Of a DNA stretch of 64,000 bases, positions 35,751 through 45,412 are shown piece by piece. Position numbers and translations under genes: made by a program. The notes beneath the pieces were generated by a model that did no database searches, was not told where the DNA came from, and saw only the letters and a program-made list of their open reading frames with translations. Source of the DNA: Escherichia phage W70; the sequence record OP778610, one strand, 5' to 3'. How positions within the stretch are numbered: the stretch's first letter is position 1; every line of letters starts with the position of its first letter.

Positions 35751-36076
35751 TTTTTAACTCCGAAGATCTTAGATAGTAATTTATCATTCCCGATAGTTAC
35801 ACCACAAAAACTTTTTACTCCGTATACTAGATACGACCCGATTGTAACACAGATAATGATCGGATAAACAAGATACCAAAAGAATGTTGCAAGTATCCAC
35901 CCTGCCATCACCATACGTAAATTTACATTTTCGTTATTCAGTGGCTCCAGGATATAAATATCCTCACAATCTTTTGGGAAGGGGATGTTGAACCCCTTCT
36001 GCCGTAATTTGATCAGTAAGAACCAAAGTGGGCAACTAATAAGACAACCTATTAAATAACCTTCAACCATTTTCAC
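35747..36076 (-). CDS. hypothetical membrane protein, tandem paralog A
   Basis: WFLLIKLRQKGF motif; TM helices. Confidence 0.5.
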   Translation of the reverse strand: MKMVEGYLIGCLISCPLWFLLIKLRQKGFNIPFPKDCEDIYILEPLNNENVNLRMVMAGWILATFFWYLVYPIIICVTIGSYLVYGVKSFCGVTIGNDKLLSKIFGVKK

Positions 36077-37313
36077 TCTCCTTCAACTTGTCAAGATATT
36101 GTGTAACGTATCTTACTTTTACATTTCGGATTCTGCTCTTGATCTCATCTGGACGTCCCGCGAATTTTTCAGAAATCTCTTTACTTTCTTTTGAGATTGC
36201 AACACTGTTCTGAATAATCCCCGCCAGTGCTGAGAATAATACCAGTGGTTGACTGTAGTTGTCAAACATTTTTTCAGGTCCACGCCCACGAGCATCACAG
36301 ATGCAAGCGTCAATAAATTCAGAGAGGAATGCTTGGTCCTTTTCACCACGTAAGGCTACTAACAAGTCATAAACTTTCTTTGGCTTCATTTCTTTGATAC
36401 GGTGAAGTCGTGTATGATGCTCAGTTACAGCTAAAGCCAACTTCTTCCAATTATTGGGGACACCAAAGCGATCACAAACTTGTTCAGTTAACTTGATACC
36501 ATGTTCTTCGTGACCGTGCAGTTTACCCGTTAGCCAATAAATACATTTACCTAAGTCGTGACAAAGGACTGCCCACTTCACAGCCTCACTTGCACGAGTC
36601 GCCTGGGCATAATCCATGCAAAGTAAAGTGTGAACAAATGCATCACCTTCAGGATGGTGCTCCTTGGGTTGAACAACATCGTATAAATCCACAAGCTCAG
36701 GAAATTCTCCCAGTTGAGTCAACATACGGATCATTACCGAAGGTTTATTCATTTCTGACTGATCACTGAAGCATTTCTTAATCTCTGCAAATTTACGCTC
36801 TTTTGGCAATGCACTTAAATCCACACTCCGACACATTAGCCAAGTGTCAGGATCAATTGTAAACTCACCGCCGTATCTGGCATGTAATCTGGCTAGTCGG
36901 TACACACGTAAAGGGTCTTCGATAAATGCTTTAGTGGATACACAACGTAACCGACGAAGTTCAATATCCATTGCACCATTACAAGGGTCGATAATTTCGC
37001 CCGTGGAAATATCCTTGGCGATCGCATTAATGGTTAAATCTCTTCGCATCAGGTCTTGTTCAATTGTAACGTCTGGAGAGAACACAACTTCGAAATCGTG
37101 ATAACCAGGGCCTGTTGATCTTTCCGTTCGAGCAAGAGCATACTCTTCTTTAGTGTTCGGTTCAAGGTACACAGGGAAAGCTGCACCAACCTTAGTAAAT
37201 CCCTTCTCAATCATTTCTTCATGGGTCGCTCCAACTACAACGTAGTCACGATCCTTGCTTTCAACACTCATTAGTTCATCGCGAACTGCACCACCTACCA
37301 AGTAAACTTTCAT
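36063..37313 (-). CDS. cca: tRNA nucleotidyltransferase (CCA-adding enzyme) with HD domain
   Basis: MKVYLVGGAVRDELM, DRDYVV, RRDLTINAIA head-domain motifs; SD GGGAG 6 nt upstream of chosen ATG; track ORF extends to 37361. Confidence 0.7.
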   Translation of the reverse strand: MKVYLVGGAVRDELMSVESKDRDYVVVGATHEEMIEKGFTKVGAAFPVYLEPNTKEEYALARTERSTGPGYHDFEVVFSPDVTIEQDLMRRDLTINAIAKDISTGEIIDPCNGAMDIELRRLRCVSTKAFIEDPLRVYRLARLHARYGGEFTIDPDTWLMCRSVDLSALPKERKFAEIKKCFSDQSEMNKPSVMIRMLTQLGEFPELVDLYDVVQPKEHHPEGDAFVHTLLCMDYAQATRASEAVKWAVLCHDLGKCIYWLTGKLHGHEEHGIKLTEQVCDRFGVPNNWKKLALAVTEHHTRLHRIKEMKPKKVYDLLVALRGEKDQAFLSEFIDACICDARGRGPEKMFDNYSQPLVLFSALAGIIQNSVAISKESKEISEKFAGRPDEIKSRIRNVKVRYVTQYLDKLKESENG

Positions 37314-37351
37314 TCCTTCTTCTCCCATTCTTTCCAATTCTGCATGTCCGC

Positions 37352-37516
37352 TCATAGCCATCCCCTTTCTTTATACCCTTTTGTAAATCCTGATTCCCAA
37401 TCTTGAAATTGCTCCGGCATGGTGTTTGGATTATACGGGTTGTTTCTCTTGAACATCCCAAACTTGAATCCAGCGGCTCGGCCCTTCTCGTATGCTGAAC
37501 TGCTTTTTCTTGTCAT
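37352..37516 (-). CDS. hypothetical small basic protein
   Basis: internal ATG overlapping upstream stop; 54 aa. Confidence 0.35.
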   Translation of the reverse strand: MTRKSSSAYEKGRAAGFKFGMFKRNNPYNPNTMPEQFQDWESGFTKGYKERGWL

Positions 37517-37842
37517 ACTCTTTCTCCTCTTAAATTTAAAGACCAATCTTTTATTTCTTCTTTCCAGTTCGTATTTCTCTTAATGTCTTGCTTTTGACCG
37601 CGAAGATAGTTAATGATCTCAAGCGGGTCTTGCTTAACAAAAGAAATATTGTCGATCGGGCACTCAACTAACTTAAGCATCCTTTCAAAACGATTATACT
37701 CATCTTCTGATTTCGGTGCAACAGGAATAACATCATAATCTTCAAGATTGTCGAGAGTTTCAAGGGTAACCCTCATCTCGTAGCCTTCTAATCTCTTTGT
37801 CTTGATACCAAACACTCTTCGAAAGTAAATGTAATATTTCAT
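37513..37842 (-). CDS. hypothetical protein
   Basis: 109 aa. Confidence 0.5.
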   Translation of the reverse strand: MKYYIYFRRVFGIKTKRLEGYEMRVTLETLDNLEDYDVIPVAPKSEDEYNRFERMLKLVECPIDNISFVKQDPLEIINYLRGQKQDIKRNTNWKEEIKDWSLNLRGERV

Positions 37843-37902
37843 TATGTTCTCCTACTTAATGATCATCATTATACACATCCCTGAATTCAAGTCAACAAAA
37901 AA

Positions 37903-37920
37903 GGCCACCCGAAGGTGACC
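37903..37920 (-). terminator. rho-independent terminator (minus strand)
   Basis: GGTCACC-TTCG-GGTGGCC on minus strand followed by TTTTTT. Confidence 0.55.
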
Positions 37921-37927
37921 TTTAAAT

Positions 37928-38437
37928 TTAAGGGTGAATCCAGTAAAAAGGTTTTGTTAAACCAAGTTTACCTTTCGGGTCCCAAATGAAGTAGGCATAC
38001 GCCGCACCATCTGTTTTCCCATCCTCAGTAAAAGAGGGTCGCTTGGATAGAGTAACCAAGTGATCAACAGGATATTCCTTCCAGAACTCCACACGTTTGG
38101 TACTCTCAAGGAAACCTAAACGAAGCAGCATTATCACCACATCAGCATCCTTGTGAGCCTTCTCTACAAACTCTTGAGCTAAATTATAAGGTGGGTTAGT
38201 TAACACACAATCTACCTTATTGTATTTAGTTGCAAGATAATCAACACCTTCTTGAATCTCTCCCCAAGCTGAACCAATTGGCATTTCATTATAAAAACGT
38301 CCAGAGGCTCTGCAAGGTTCCAGATAAGTCCAATCCTGACGGATTGGAACTAAATTCAAGAAAGCATCTACTGCCCATTTCGGAGTTTCATAGCGATCAT
38401 TTTCACGGCGCTCTGCTTTAGGTTTCAATGCTGCCAC
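37928..38437 (-). CDS. DNA N6-adenine methyltransferase (Dam-like, NPPY motif)
   Basis: DRYETPKWAVDAF and VDCVLTNPPYNLAQEF motifs; 169 aa. Confidence 0.65.
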   Translation of the reverse strand: MAALKPKAERRENDRYETPKWAVDAFLNLVPIRQDWTYLEPCRASGRFYNEMPIGSAWGEIQEGVDYLATKYNKVDCVLTNPPYNLAQEFVEKAHKDADVVIMLLRLGFLESTKRVEFWKEYPVDHLVTLSKRPSFTEDGKTDGAAYAYFIWDPKGKLGLTKPFYWIHP

Positions 38438-38439
38438 TC

Positions 38440-39285
38440 TTATTTGCCCCCTTCTTTCGCCGCAGTGATGATCTGTTCAATTAACTCATCACGATAATAA
38501 ACGTACTGTTCAACACCGAAACATTCCGCAATCTCGTCTAGTTCGTCGAGGTTGTACTCGTCAAAGTCTCGTGGGTTAAGAGTAAAGATGTTGAATTTTT
38601 TGGCGTAGCCTTCGTCGAGGACGATTTCAAATTCTCCCTCTCCGATTTCCTTCGCATCATCAACATCACTCGATTCGATTGACCCTTCAACCTTAATCCC
38701 CCCTGTATTTTGTTGATCGGCTTCCATTTGCTTTTTAATTGCTTCATCTTCAGCGGTCAAACGGGCTTGCATCTGAGAGGAAGTGAAGTAAATTTCGCCA
38801 GCACGATCAAACAGTTCAACGAGTTCATCTTCTGTCATAACACCCTTGTACAGATCGTAGTATTTCTCTTTGAACAGGTCTTTGTAGAAATCGCTACGTT
38901 TAAATACCAGTGCTGAATCACCACCCATACTCATCTGAACGTTGTGGAACATGTAATGAGAACCTGGACGACAAATTCGAACATGACCAGACAAGAAGAT
39001 CATTGTTGCAGCACTTGCCACTTCACCAATACCGTGTGTTACAACAGTCGCCTTTGTTTCAGAGATCGCTGTCATGTACATATCTGCGATATCACAATAA
39101 CCACCACAAGAAGTAATGTACAGATTTACAATATCACCTTCAGGTGCTGAACGAATCAGGTCAACAGCCTCGATATGTGCTTCAGGTGAATTGTGCAGAT
39201 CCGTAACATAAATACGCCAATCGTTAGAAGTTACTGGAGACACCCAAATGTTTTTTGCCGGACCATTCATTACGATTTCTTCCAT
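38440..39285 (-). CDS. ClpP-like serine peptidase (S14 family)
   Basis: ITSCGGY..GEVASAATMIFLSG..MFHNVQ resembles ClpP catalytic core; acidic C-terminal extension. Confidence 0.55.
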   Translation of the reverse strand: MEEIVMNGPAKNIWVSPVTSNDWRIYVTDLHNSPEAHIEAVDLIRSAPEGDIVNLYITSCGGYCDIADMYMTAISETKATVVTHGIGEVASAATMIFLSGHVRICRPGSHYMFHNVQMSMGGDSALVFKRSDFYKDLFKEKYYDLYKGVMTEDELVELFDRAGEIYFTSSQMQARLTAEDEAIKKQMEADQQNTGGIKVEGSIESSDVDDAKEIGEGEFEIVLDEGYAKKFNIFTLNPRDFDEYNLDELDEIAECFGVEQYVYYRDELIEQIITAAKEGGK

Positions 39286-39297
39286 ATTAATTCCCCC

Positions 39298-39768
39298 TTA
39301 GCTAATTAAAGTACGGATGCGGGTAGCGTTTTGCAGAACCCAGTCTACTACGACAGAATGATCAGAGTCAACAATTACTTCATGATGACGTTTGAACATA
39401 TCAAGAATCTTTGCTGCTTCGGCAGTATAAAGTGCCGCACGATCTAAAAAGATAATCTGCTCTTTAAGTTCTTCTGTAATCGGACATAACTTACTTGGGA
39501 CCTTGATGGCTGACAAATGTTCTACCAACTCTTTTCGAGTAGAGAACATAATATCAACTTCCTGATCGATACTAAGAGAGCCTAAGAATAAGCGAGAAAA
39601 CCATCCACGATACTCATCGTTGTTTTTACGCAAAGTCTTAATTCCAAATATTAACTCTTCGAACAGGGCTGTTGCAATTTCTTCAATACGATCAGGAACA
39701 ATAGCCCCACAATTTTTCAATTCCATCAGTTTACGATGATCAACTGTTGCGTACATACCCTTATCCAT
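39298..39768 (-). CDS. hypothetical protein
   Basis: 156 aa. Confidence 0.5.
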   Translation of the reverse strand: MDKGMYATVDHRKLMELKNCGAIVPDRIEEIATALFEELIFGIKTLRKNNDEYRGWFSRLFLGSLSIDQEVDIMFSTRKELVEHLSAIKVPSKLCPITEELKEQIIFLDRAALYTAEAAKILDMFKRHHEVIVDSDHSVVVDWVLQNATRIRTLIS

Positions 39769-39776
39769 ATCACCCC

Positions 39777-40094
39777 TTAAATTCCGATTAAATATTTAAA
39801 CTTCCCGTCGTTCTCTGCGATCTTGTGGATTACATAGAACCAATTTTCAATTCCGTCTTCATCTTCCTCTTTCACACGATCACCAGTTTTTAACTCAACC
39901 TCGGAAACGTACTCCTTACTTTCAAGGAAATACTTCCACTGAACCATGTCTTTAAAATTACAGATTAGTTTATTTTTGCCATCTGTCGTCCAAAGGTCCT
40001 GATTGACCCACATACCAACAACGAAATTCTTTTCTTTCTTAGGACGACCAAGTGCATAAGTGTTGTTTAACATCTTTGCTTTATCTAAGACCAC
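39777..40094 (-). CDS. hypothetical protein
   Basis: 105 aa. Confidence 0.5.
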   Translation of the reverse strand: MVLDKAKMLNNTYALGRPKKEKNFVVGMWVNQDLWTTDGKNKLICNFKDMVQWKYFLESKEYVSEVELKTGDRVKEEDEDGIENWFYVIHKIAENDGKFKYLIGI

Positions 40095-40713
40095 GTTTTG
40101 ACTCCAAGTTAACTAAGAAACTCTCAAGCACTGCGATGTTGTCTTCTTTCCAAAGATTAAGTGTTCTTACACCATTCTTCTTTGCCAGATTGACTGCTGT
40201 TGCAGTGCCGCCTTTAGGATTACCCGTCTTTGTTTCCTTTGCGTAGTATATCACAAATTTACTTTGCATCAAGTAGGCATTTGAAAGATTTTTACCAAAA
40301 ATTTGGTGTACGTTTCTTTCGTGTAATTTCCTTGCCCCTTGACTCAACTTGTCCCATCCACCATGAACTTCCTTTATCCATTCCCATCGCATTTCTGTAT
40401 GTTCTGGAAATTCTTTATCAATCGTGTTCAGGGAGATATTATACAGATCTTTAAGTCCTTGTCCACCTTTAAAGTTGTCCCAAGGAACATATATCTCTGC
40501 AAGTTTGCTCGGTGATTGAGTCATATTGCAATCTTCATGAAACTTCTGCATACCTCTTTGGAAAGCTGCATCTGCACCATCTGCACCGCCAGATCGTAAT
40601 GTATATCCGACCCTTGCTAATCTCCAACCCGCATCTTCCATAATTTTTAATACTTCTTCAGGGGCCTCCCTTGAACCTATTCCTGTATAAGCTGGCACTT
40701 TAACCTCCTTCAT
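40081..40713 (-). CDS. SLOG/DprA-like Rossmann-fold protein (start uncertain)
   Basis: TGIGSR and RSGGADGADAAF motifs; track ORF extends to 40812, overlapping nrdG; no SD at any candidate start. Confidence 0.4.
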   Translation of the reverse strand: MKEVKVPAYTGIGSREAPEEVLKIMEDAGWRLARVGYTLRSGGADGADAAFQRGMQKFHEDCNMTQSPSKLAEIYVPWDNFKGGQGLKDLYNISLNTIDKEFPEHTEMRWEWIKEVHGGWDKLSQGARKLHERNVHQIFGKNLSNAYLMQSKFVIYYAKETKTGNPKGGTATAVNLAKKNGVRTLNLWKEDNIAVLESFLVNLESKRGLR

Positions 40714-41182
40714 CTTCAGTTGACCAGTACCCATTAACTTTTTTCCAAAGTCTTTGGTTATCTGATCCCCTGAATCTTTTAGTTGTAGGTTTGTTTTCAT
40801 CATACTTGCCATCCATGATTAAGTCAACGTATTTCTTTATTTCCTCATCTAAGTCTTGAAAAAGATACCCTGTCCACACCATGATATCTTTACTCTCACC
40901 AAAGCACGACTTTACTTCCTTGATAATTCTTTTTACAACATCAATATTCTCAGGGTCAAGAGGTTCTCCACCCATAATTGACAATCCACTGATAAAATTT
41001 CGAGAAAGATCTTTTTTCAAACTCTCCATATCTTCATCTGTGAATTCTTTCCCATACCTGTATGACCAAGCCTTTTGGTTAAAACAACCCTTACACTTAT
41101 GACTGCATCCACTAACCCAGAGAGAGGTTCTTACCCCCTCTCCATTGATGAAGTCTGTTCTTTCATATCCGCAAATGTTCAA
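40700..41182 (-). CDS. nrdG: anaerobic ribonucleotide reductase activating protein (radical SAM)
   Basis: CSHKCKGC cluster; ATGA overlap with nrdD stop. Confidence 0.85.
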   Translation of the reverse strand: MNICGYERTDFINGEGVRTSLWVSGCSHKCKGCFNQKAWSYRYGKEFTDEDMESLKKDLSRNFISGLSIMGGEPLDPENIDVVKRIIKEVKSCFGESKDIMVWTGYLFQDLDEEIKKYVDLIMDGKYDENKPTTKRFRGSDNQRLWKKVNGYWSTEDEGG

Positions 41183-43257
41183 ACGTGTTTTTCCCTTTGT
41201 AAGACCTCCTGCATCTTACCTTTGTTATAAGGTCTTGCATTTGGTGCAGATAAATAACCAGAAACCCTTCGGATTACTGAAATTGTTCCCTCTTCTTTGT
41301 TACCGCAACAAGGGCATTCAAAACCTTTAGCCGTTGCATCGAACTCCCCGCTAAAGTTACATTTAAAGCACTGGTCTACAGGTTGATTAACACCGAAGTA
41401 AGGTATGGTTTTATAACCGTAATCGATCAACGTTTCAAGTGCCTTCATATTATTTTTCAAGTTTGGCGTTTCAACATAACCAATATTACCGCCTGAACTT
41501 ATTGTTGCGAAACCGGATTCATACTTCCACTTAGCGAAAGGATCTGAATGTTCCCAAACAGGTGCATGAAAAGAGTTTGTAAGATAGTCTCGCTTAATGG
41601 CTTCTGGATATTTTTCCTTAAGCTTGGTGGCGAAACGATAACATAAACTCTCAGCGGGTGTTCCGTAGAGGCTAAAGGAAATACGTGAACGCTCTTTAAA
41701 TTCATCACATTTGATTTTCATGTGATTGAGGATCATTACCGCTAAAGCCTTATGCTTTTGCCCCACCATAATATCAACTGCTTCCGATAAGCCTACATAT
41801 CCAATACTGATCGATGCGTACCCGTCATAGAATAACTTACTAATCTTTTCATCAGCACCCAATCTTGCTAAAGCACCCTCCATAAACAGGGTTGGGTTTT
41901 GAGATGCTTTCACATTCTTGAGTCTATTGACACGAACCATATGCGATTCATATGCGTTTTCCATGTGCTGGTCAAGAAGTGCATAAAAATTACCACCTTT
42001 GGCTTTATACTCTGCCGCAATCAATGGGAGGTTGATCGACACAACACCAAGGTTGAACCTTCCATCATACTTCTCTCCATGTTCTGTCGTAAATTTGGAA
42101 AGGAAGCTCCTACAACCCATACTTGTAACTTTCCCATCTGAAGATCCAGTAACCTCTTTATTTAATGGCACAGAGATGAAGTCAGGATAGATCCTTTCAA
42201 CACAGCACTGCATTGCTATTTGTTTAAGGTCATAATTAACATCACCAGGTTTCAGGTTTACACCATCTTGCAAAAAGAAGACAACCTTCGGAAAAACTGG
42301 AGTTACCTTATCCTTGCCAAGCCCCTCAGTATGGACCTTTAGATAGTTTTTGGTAATCATCCTACCAAACTCTGAAGTTTCAAGACCCATACTGATCGTA
42401 ATGAAAGGCGATTGACCGTTAACACTCATTAAAGTATTAACCTGATAAACCAGAGTCTGCATTGCATCATACACATCTCGGTCTGTCATTTCCATTGCTA
42501 AAGATTCATTAGGTTTTCCGATCTTTTCTAAAAACTCGATATTCTTTTTGTGACTCATCTCAACATATGTTTTCAAACCCTCATCGATATGAGCACATGT
42601 TTGTCCTCCGTATTGACTGGATGCTACAGCCTGAATGATTTGAGTCAGAACTGTTGTTGCAACACCAATCGACTTAGGTTTTTCGATCTTCGCATTTCCA
42701 ATCTTAAAACCATTTTCAAGCATGTCCCGATAGTTAACAAGACAACAGTTAGTTAATGGACTAACCAAATAATCCAAGTCGTGAATGTGACCATAACCTT
42801 CATTGTGCCAAGCAGCGAGGTCTTTTGGCAAGATCTGATTAATACTGACATGCTTGCTTAAAATACCTGCCAGCAAGTCCCGATGAGTATTTACCAAATT
42901 GCTAGGTTTGTTTGCATTCTCACGAGTAAATTCTTCAGCCGTTTGATCCAAAAATCCGCTAATATCTGAATAAAGTTTACCTTTGCCTTCACGAACTGAA
43001 TCCCGATCATGACGGTATTCAATATAGCATCTGGCAACATCTTGAAGATTTTTCTGACTCATTAAGGTATTCTCAACAACCTTATGAATCTCTTCTACAG
43101 ATATACGATCTTTATCTTCAATCTGACTAACGACTTCAGTAATGAGTTTATCAACATCGGCTTTAGTGCCTGCGGATAAAAGAGCGCCCCGAAGGGCTGC
43201 TCCGATCTTATCCGTGCACAAGGTTTCTTCACGCCCGTCACGTTTTGCAATAATCAA
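41179..43257 (-). CDS. nrdD: anaerobic ribonucleoside-triphosphate reductase
   Basis: 692 aa; C-terminal Zn ribbon CFKC..CPCC and glycyl-radical motif RVSGYL. Confidence 0.9.
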   Translation of the reverse strand: MIIAKRDGREETLCTDKIGAALRGALLSAGTKADVDKLITEVVSQIEDKDRISVEEIHKVVENTLMSQKNLQDVARCYIEYRHDRDSVREGKGKLYSDISGFLDQTAEEFTRENANKPSNLVNTHRDLLAGILSKHVSINQILPKDLAAWHNEGYGHIHDLDYLVSPLTNCCLVNYRDMLENGFKIGNAKIEKPKSIGVATTVLTQIIQAVASSQYGGQTCAHIDEGLKTYVEMSHKKNIEFLEKIGKPNESLAMEMTDRDVYDAMQTLVYQVNTLMSVNGQSPFITISMGLETSEFGRMITKNYLKVHTEGLGKDKVTPVFPKVVFFLQDGVNLKPGDVNYDLKQIAMQCCVERIYPDFISVPLNKEVTGSSDGKVTSMGCRSFLSKFTTEHGEKYDGRFNLGVVSINLPLIAAEYKAKGGNFYALLDQHMENAYESHMVRVNRLKNVKASQNPTLFMEGALARLGADEKISKLFYDGYASISIGYVGLSEAVDIMVGQKHKALAVMILNHMKIKCDEFKERSRISFSLYGTPAESLCYRFATKLKEKYPEAIKRDYLTNSFHAPVWEHSDPFAKWKYESGFATISSGGNIGYVETPNLKNNMKALETLIDYGYKTIPYFGVNQPVDQCFKCNFSGEFDATAKGFECPCCGNKEEGTISVIRRVSGYLSAPNARPYNKGKMQEVLQREKHV

Positions 43258-43259
43258 CC

Positions 43260-44006
43260 TTAATTACCTCCTTTAAGATCCTTTTCACGAGCCTTGACAA
43301 CTGCCTTACAGAATGGACTACGAACGATTTCTTCACTAGTCGCTTCAACATAATCGGCAAAGTCGTAAAGTTCATGACGATCAATGAATTCGATTGCCCA
43401 TTCTAATCCAGTTTCACGATTACGCATATCGTTCTGTGTGATATCGCCTAAGCAGAACAGCTTAGAACTTTCACCTTTACGAGTCATGATCGTGTAAGCC
43501 GTATCTTCATCTGTGTTCTGAAACTCATCGACAATAACAACCGCATTATCGAAAGAACGCCCACGGATATATTCCAGAGGAACAAATTCAATGTTACCAC
43601 AACCCAACTGAGTTTCAAAGAAACCGTGACCGTAGCGTTGCTGAATAACCTGAATAAGTGCCTGAAGGAAAGGCTCGAATTTCTCACGGATAGTCCCAGG
43701 TAGTAACCCGAGGCTGTTCCCCATTCCCAATGTTGGTCGAGTAAGGACGATCTTTTCAATCTTACCTTGCTTCAGCCAATCAATAACGGTACTCATAATG
43801 ACAAATGTCTTACCTGTACCCGCCGGAGCGTTAACGAAAACAACTTCCTTCTCGTTAACCAGAGATAACAATTCCTTTTGGAATCGGTTCTTTGGAGTAA
43901 TAGGTTTTTTCAACTCTTCATAGGCTTTAGGTGTTACCTGACGGCCTTTTGAACGCTTCTCTTCACGACGATCCTGACGAGATTTACGATTAGTATGACG
44001 TTGCAT
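43260..44006 (-). CDS. phoH: PhoH-like ATPase
   Basis: Walker A APAGTGKT; Walker B VVIVDEFQN. Confidence 0.85.
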   Translation of the reverse strand: MQRHTNRKSRQDRREEKRSKGRQVTPKAYEELKKPITPKNRFQKELLSLVNEKEVVFVNAPAGTGKTFVIMSTVIDWLKQGKIEKIVLTRPTLGMGNSLGLLPGTIREKFEPFLQALIQVIQQRYGHGFFETQLGCGNIEFVPLEYIRGRSFDNAVVIVDEFQNTDEDTAYTIMTRKGESSKLFCLGDITQNDMRNRETGLEWAIEFIDRHELYDFADYVEATSEEIVRSPFCKAVVKAREKDLKGGN

Positions 44007-44021
44007 AGAGTACCTCGCTTC

Positions 44022-44405
44022 TTAAGGGTAGAGTTTATGAGGGAGTTGGAAATGAGGACCATCTTTAAATGAAGTCCAATCACCGCCCCACTCAATCGGG
44101 ATGTTTAATTCTTTTGCTGCATCCTTAACAGCTTCTGCCATCGGGTAATAATATTTCCAGTCCCAAGTAACCGATCCGTTAACCAAAGGCCACAAATCTA
44201 CAGCATGTCCGGTCAGATGACGACTATTCATCGTTTTACTCTTACCTTCTGCAACATACTTACGTTGGGTTTCTATTGTACGTAGACCTTCACCAACAGT
44301 AAAGTCAATCGTACTCTTTTTGATTGCCAGTTTCACAACTTCAACCAAGTCGGGATGAACGCCCTTAAGACGTTCAATACTCCGTTTACCTAATACAAAT
44401 CCCAT
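44022..44405 (-). CDS. peptidase M15-family cell-wall hydrolase (putative endolysin, L-alanyl-D-glutamate peptidase-like)
   Basis: SRHLTGHAVDL and GGDW motifs of the M15/VanY-like fold; 127 aa. Confidence 0.65.
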   Translation of the reverse strand: MGFVLGKRSIERLKGVHPDLVEVVKLAIKKSTIDFTVGEGLRTIETQRKYVAEGKSKTMNSRHLTGHAVDLWPLVNGSVTWDWKYYYPMAEAVKDAAKELNIPIEWGGDWTSFKDGPHFQLPHKLYP

Positions 44406-44413
44406 TAAGTCTC

Positions 44414-44824
44414 CTAGTGAGTAACTTCAGTTTTTACATACCCCAAGATCAAATCATCTTGGATCTCTTTCATCGCCACAGACATTTTCAACTGAACTTC
44501 AGCGATAGCTTCTGAATATTCAATTTCGTCTACAAAGCGTTGAAGATGTTCAGTGGATAACGAATCCATATTTTCCACGATCGCATTCTGCATTACCTTT
44601 TCGTAATTTTCAGAAGTCATCGCTTCAACGATCTTCTGTTGATTTCGGACCTTAATGATATCTTCTTCTGTCTTATCTTCAATACCTTTCAGGAAGTCCA
44701 GCGTCATCACTGCCACTTCAAGGTTTGCGTCAATTGCCTTACCAACAACGTACTTTGCAATTTTATGAAGCAGACGCTCACGATCAGTCAGTTCTTTTTC
44801 AATTTTATCAACGGTATTAGTCAT
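44414..44824 (-). CDS. hypothetical protein
   Basis: 136 aa; no TM segments, so not an obvious holin. Confidence 0.5.
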   Translation of the reverse strand: MTNTVDKIEKELTDRERLLHKIAKYVVGKAIDANLEVAVMTLDFLKGIEDKTEEDIIKVRNQQKIVEAMTSENYEKVMQNAIVENMDSLSTEHLQRFVDEIEYSEAIAEVQLKMSVAMKEIQDDLILGYVKTEVTH

Positions 44825-45117
44825 TACAGATCTCCCAGGTCATCGTTATTGAAGTCAAGTTCTACTTTGCTCGGCAAATTCTTTGCTACCAGTTCAGTGT
44901 AGCCACCAACGTACTCACTGTCAATAAAAATCTGAGGAACTGTACGTGGAACATAACCAACAGCATCGCTTACCTTTTTAACCATCTCTTGCAGATTGCC
45001 AGAGTTTGCACCCACGTCAATATACTCATACTCATAACCTTTCTGATCAAGGAGGGTTTTTGCATTGTCACAGAATGGGCAGTTTACTTTACCAAAAATC
45101 ACATTACTCATTATCAA
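44824..45117 (-). CDS. glutaredoxin (NrdH/NrdC-like redoxin)
   Basis: CPFC active site; TVPQIFI..VGG motif. Confidence 0.75.
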   Translation of the reverse strand: MIMSNVIFGKVNCPFCDNAKTLLDQKGYEYEYIDVGANSGNLQEMVKKVSDAVGYVPRTVPQIFIDSEYVGGYTELVAKNLPSKVELDFNNDDLGDL

Positions 45118-45148
45118 TCTCCTTTATCCAGAAAACAAAACTATTTAA

Positions 45149-45412
45149 TCACACTTCTTTGAACGTTGCAAGCACTGTTGATTCAATTTCGTAATAATTT
45201 TCACGAACTTTGATATCTTCATTCAATGCCCAAGGTACACCAAGGTCAGTGCTTACATATTGGAGATCATCTGATCCATCATAAACAGAATTCTGTTCAA
45301 ACACAAAACCTTCCACTGCAAAAGTACAAATAAGTTTTTTCACTTTTAGAATCTCCAGGTTAAGGGCCTTTCGGCCCAGCTTATTAAAGTTCGAAATCGA
45401 AGTCAGATGCAC
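45149..45412 (-). CDS. hypothetical protein (uncertain)
   Basis: 87 aa; overlaps 3' end of nrdB by 29 nt; no SD. Confidence 0.3.
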   Translation of the reverse strand: MHLTSISNFNKLGRKALNLEILKVKKLICTFAVEGFVFEQNSVYDGSDDLQYVSTDLGVPWALNEDIKVRENYYEIESTVLATFKEV

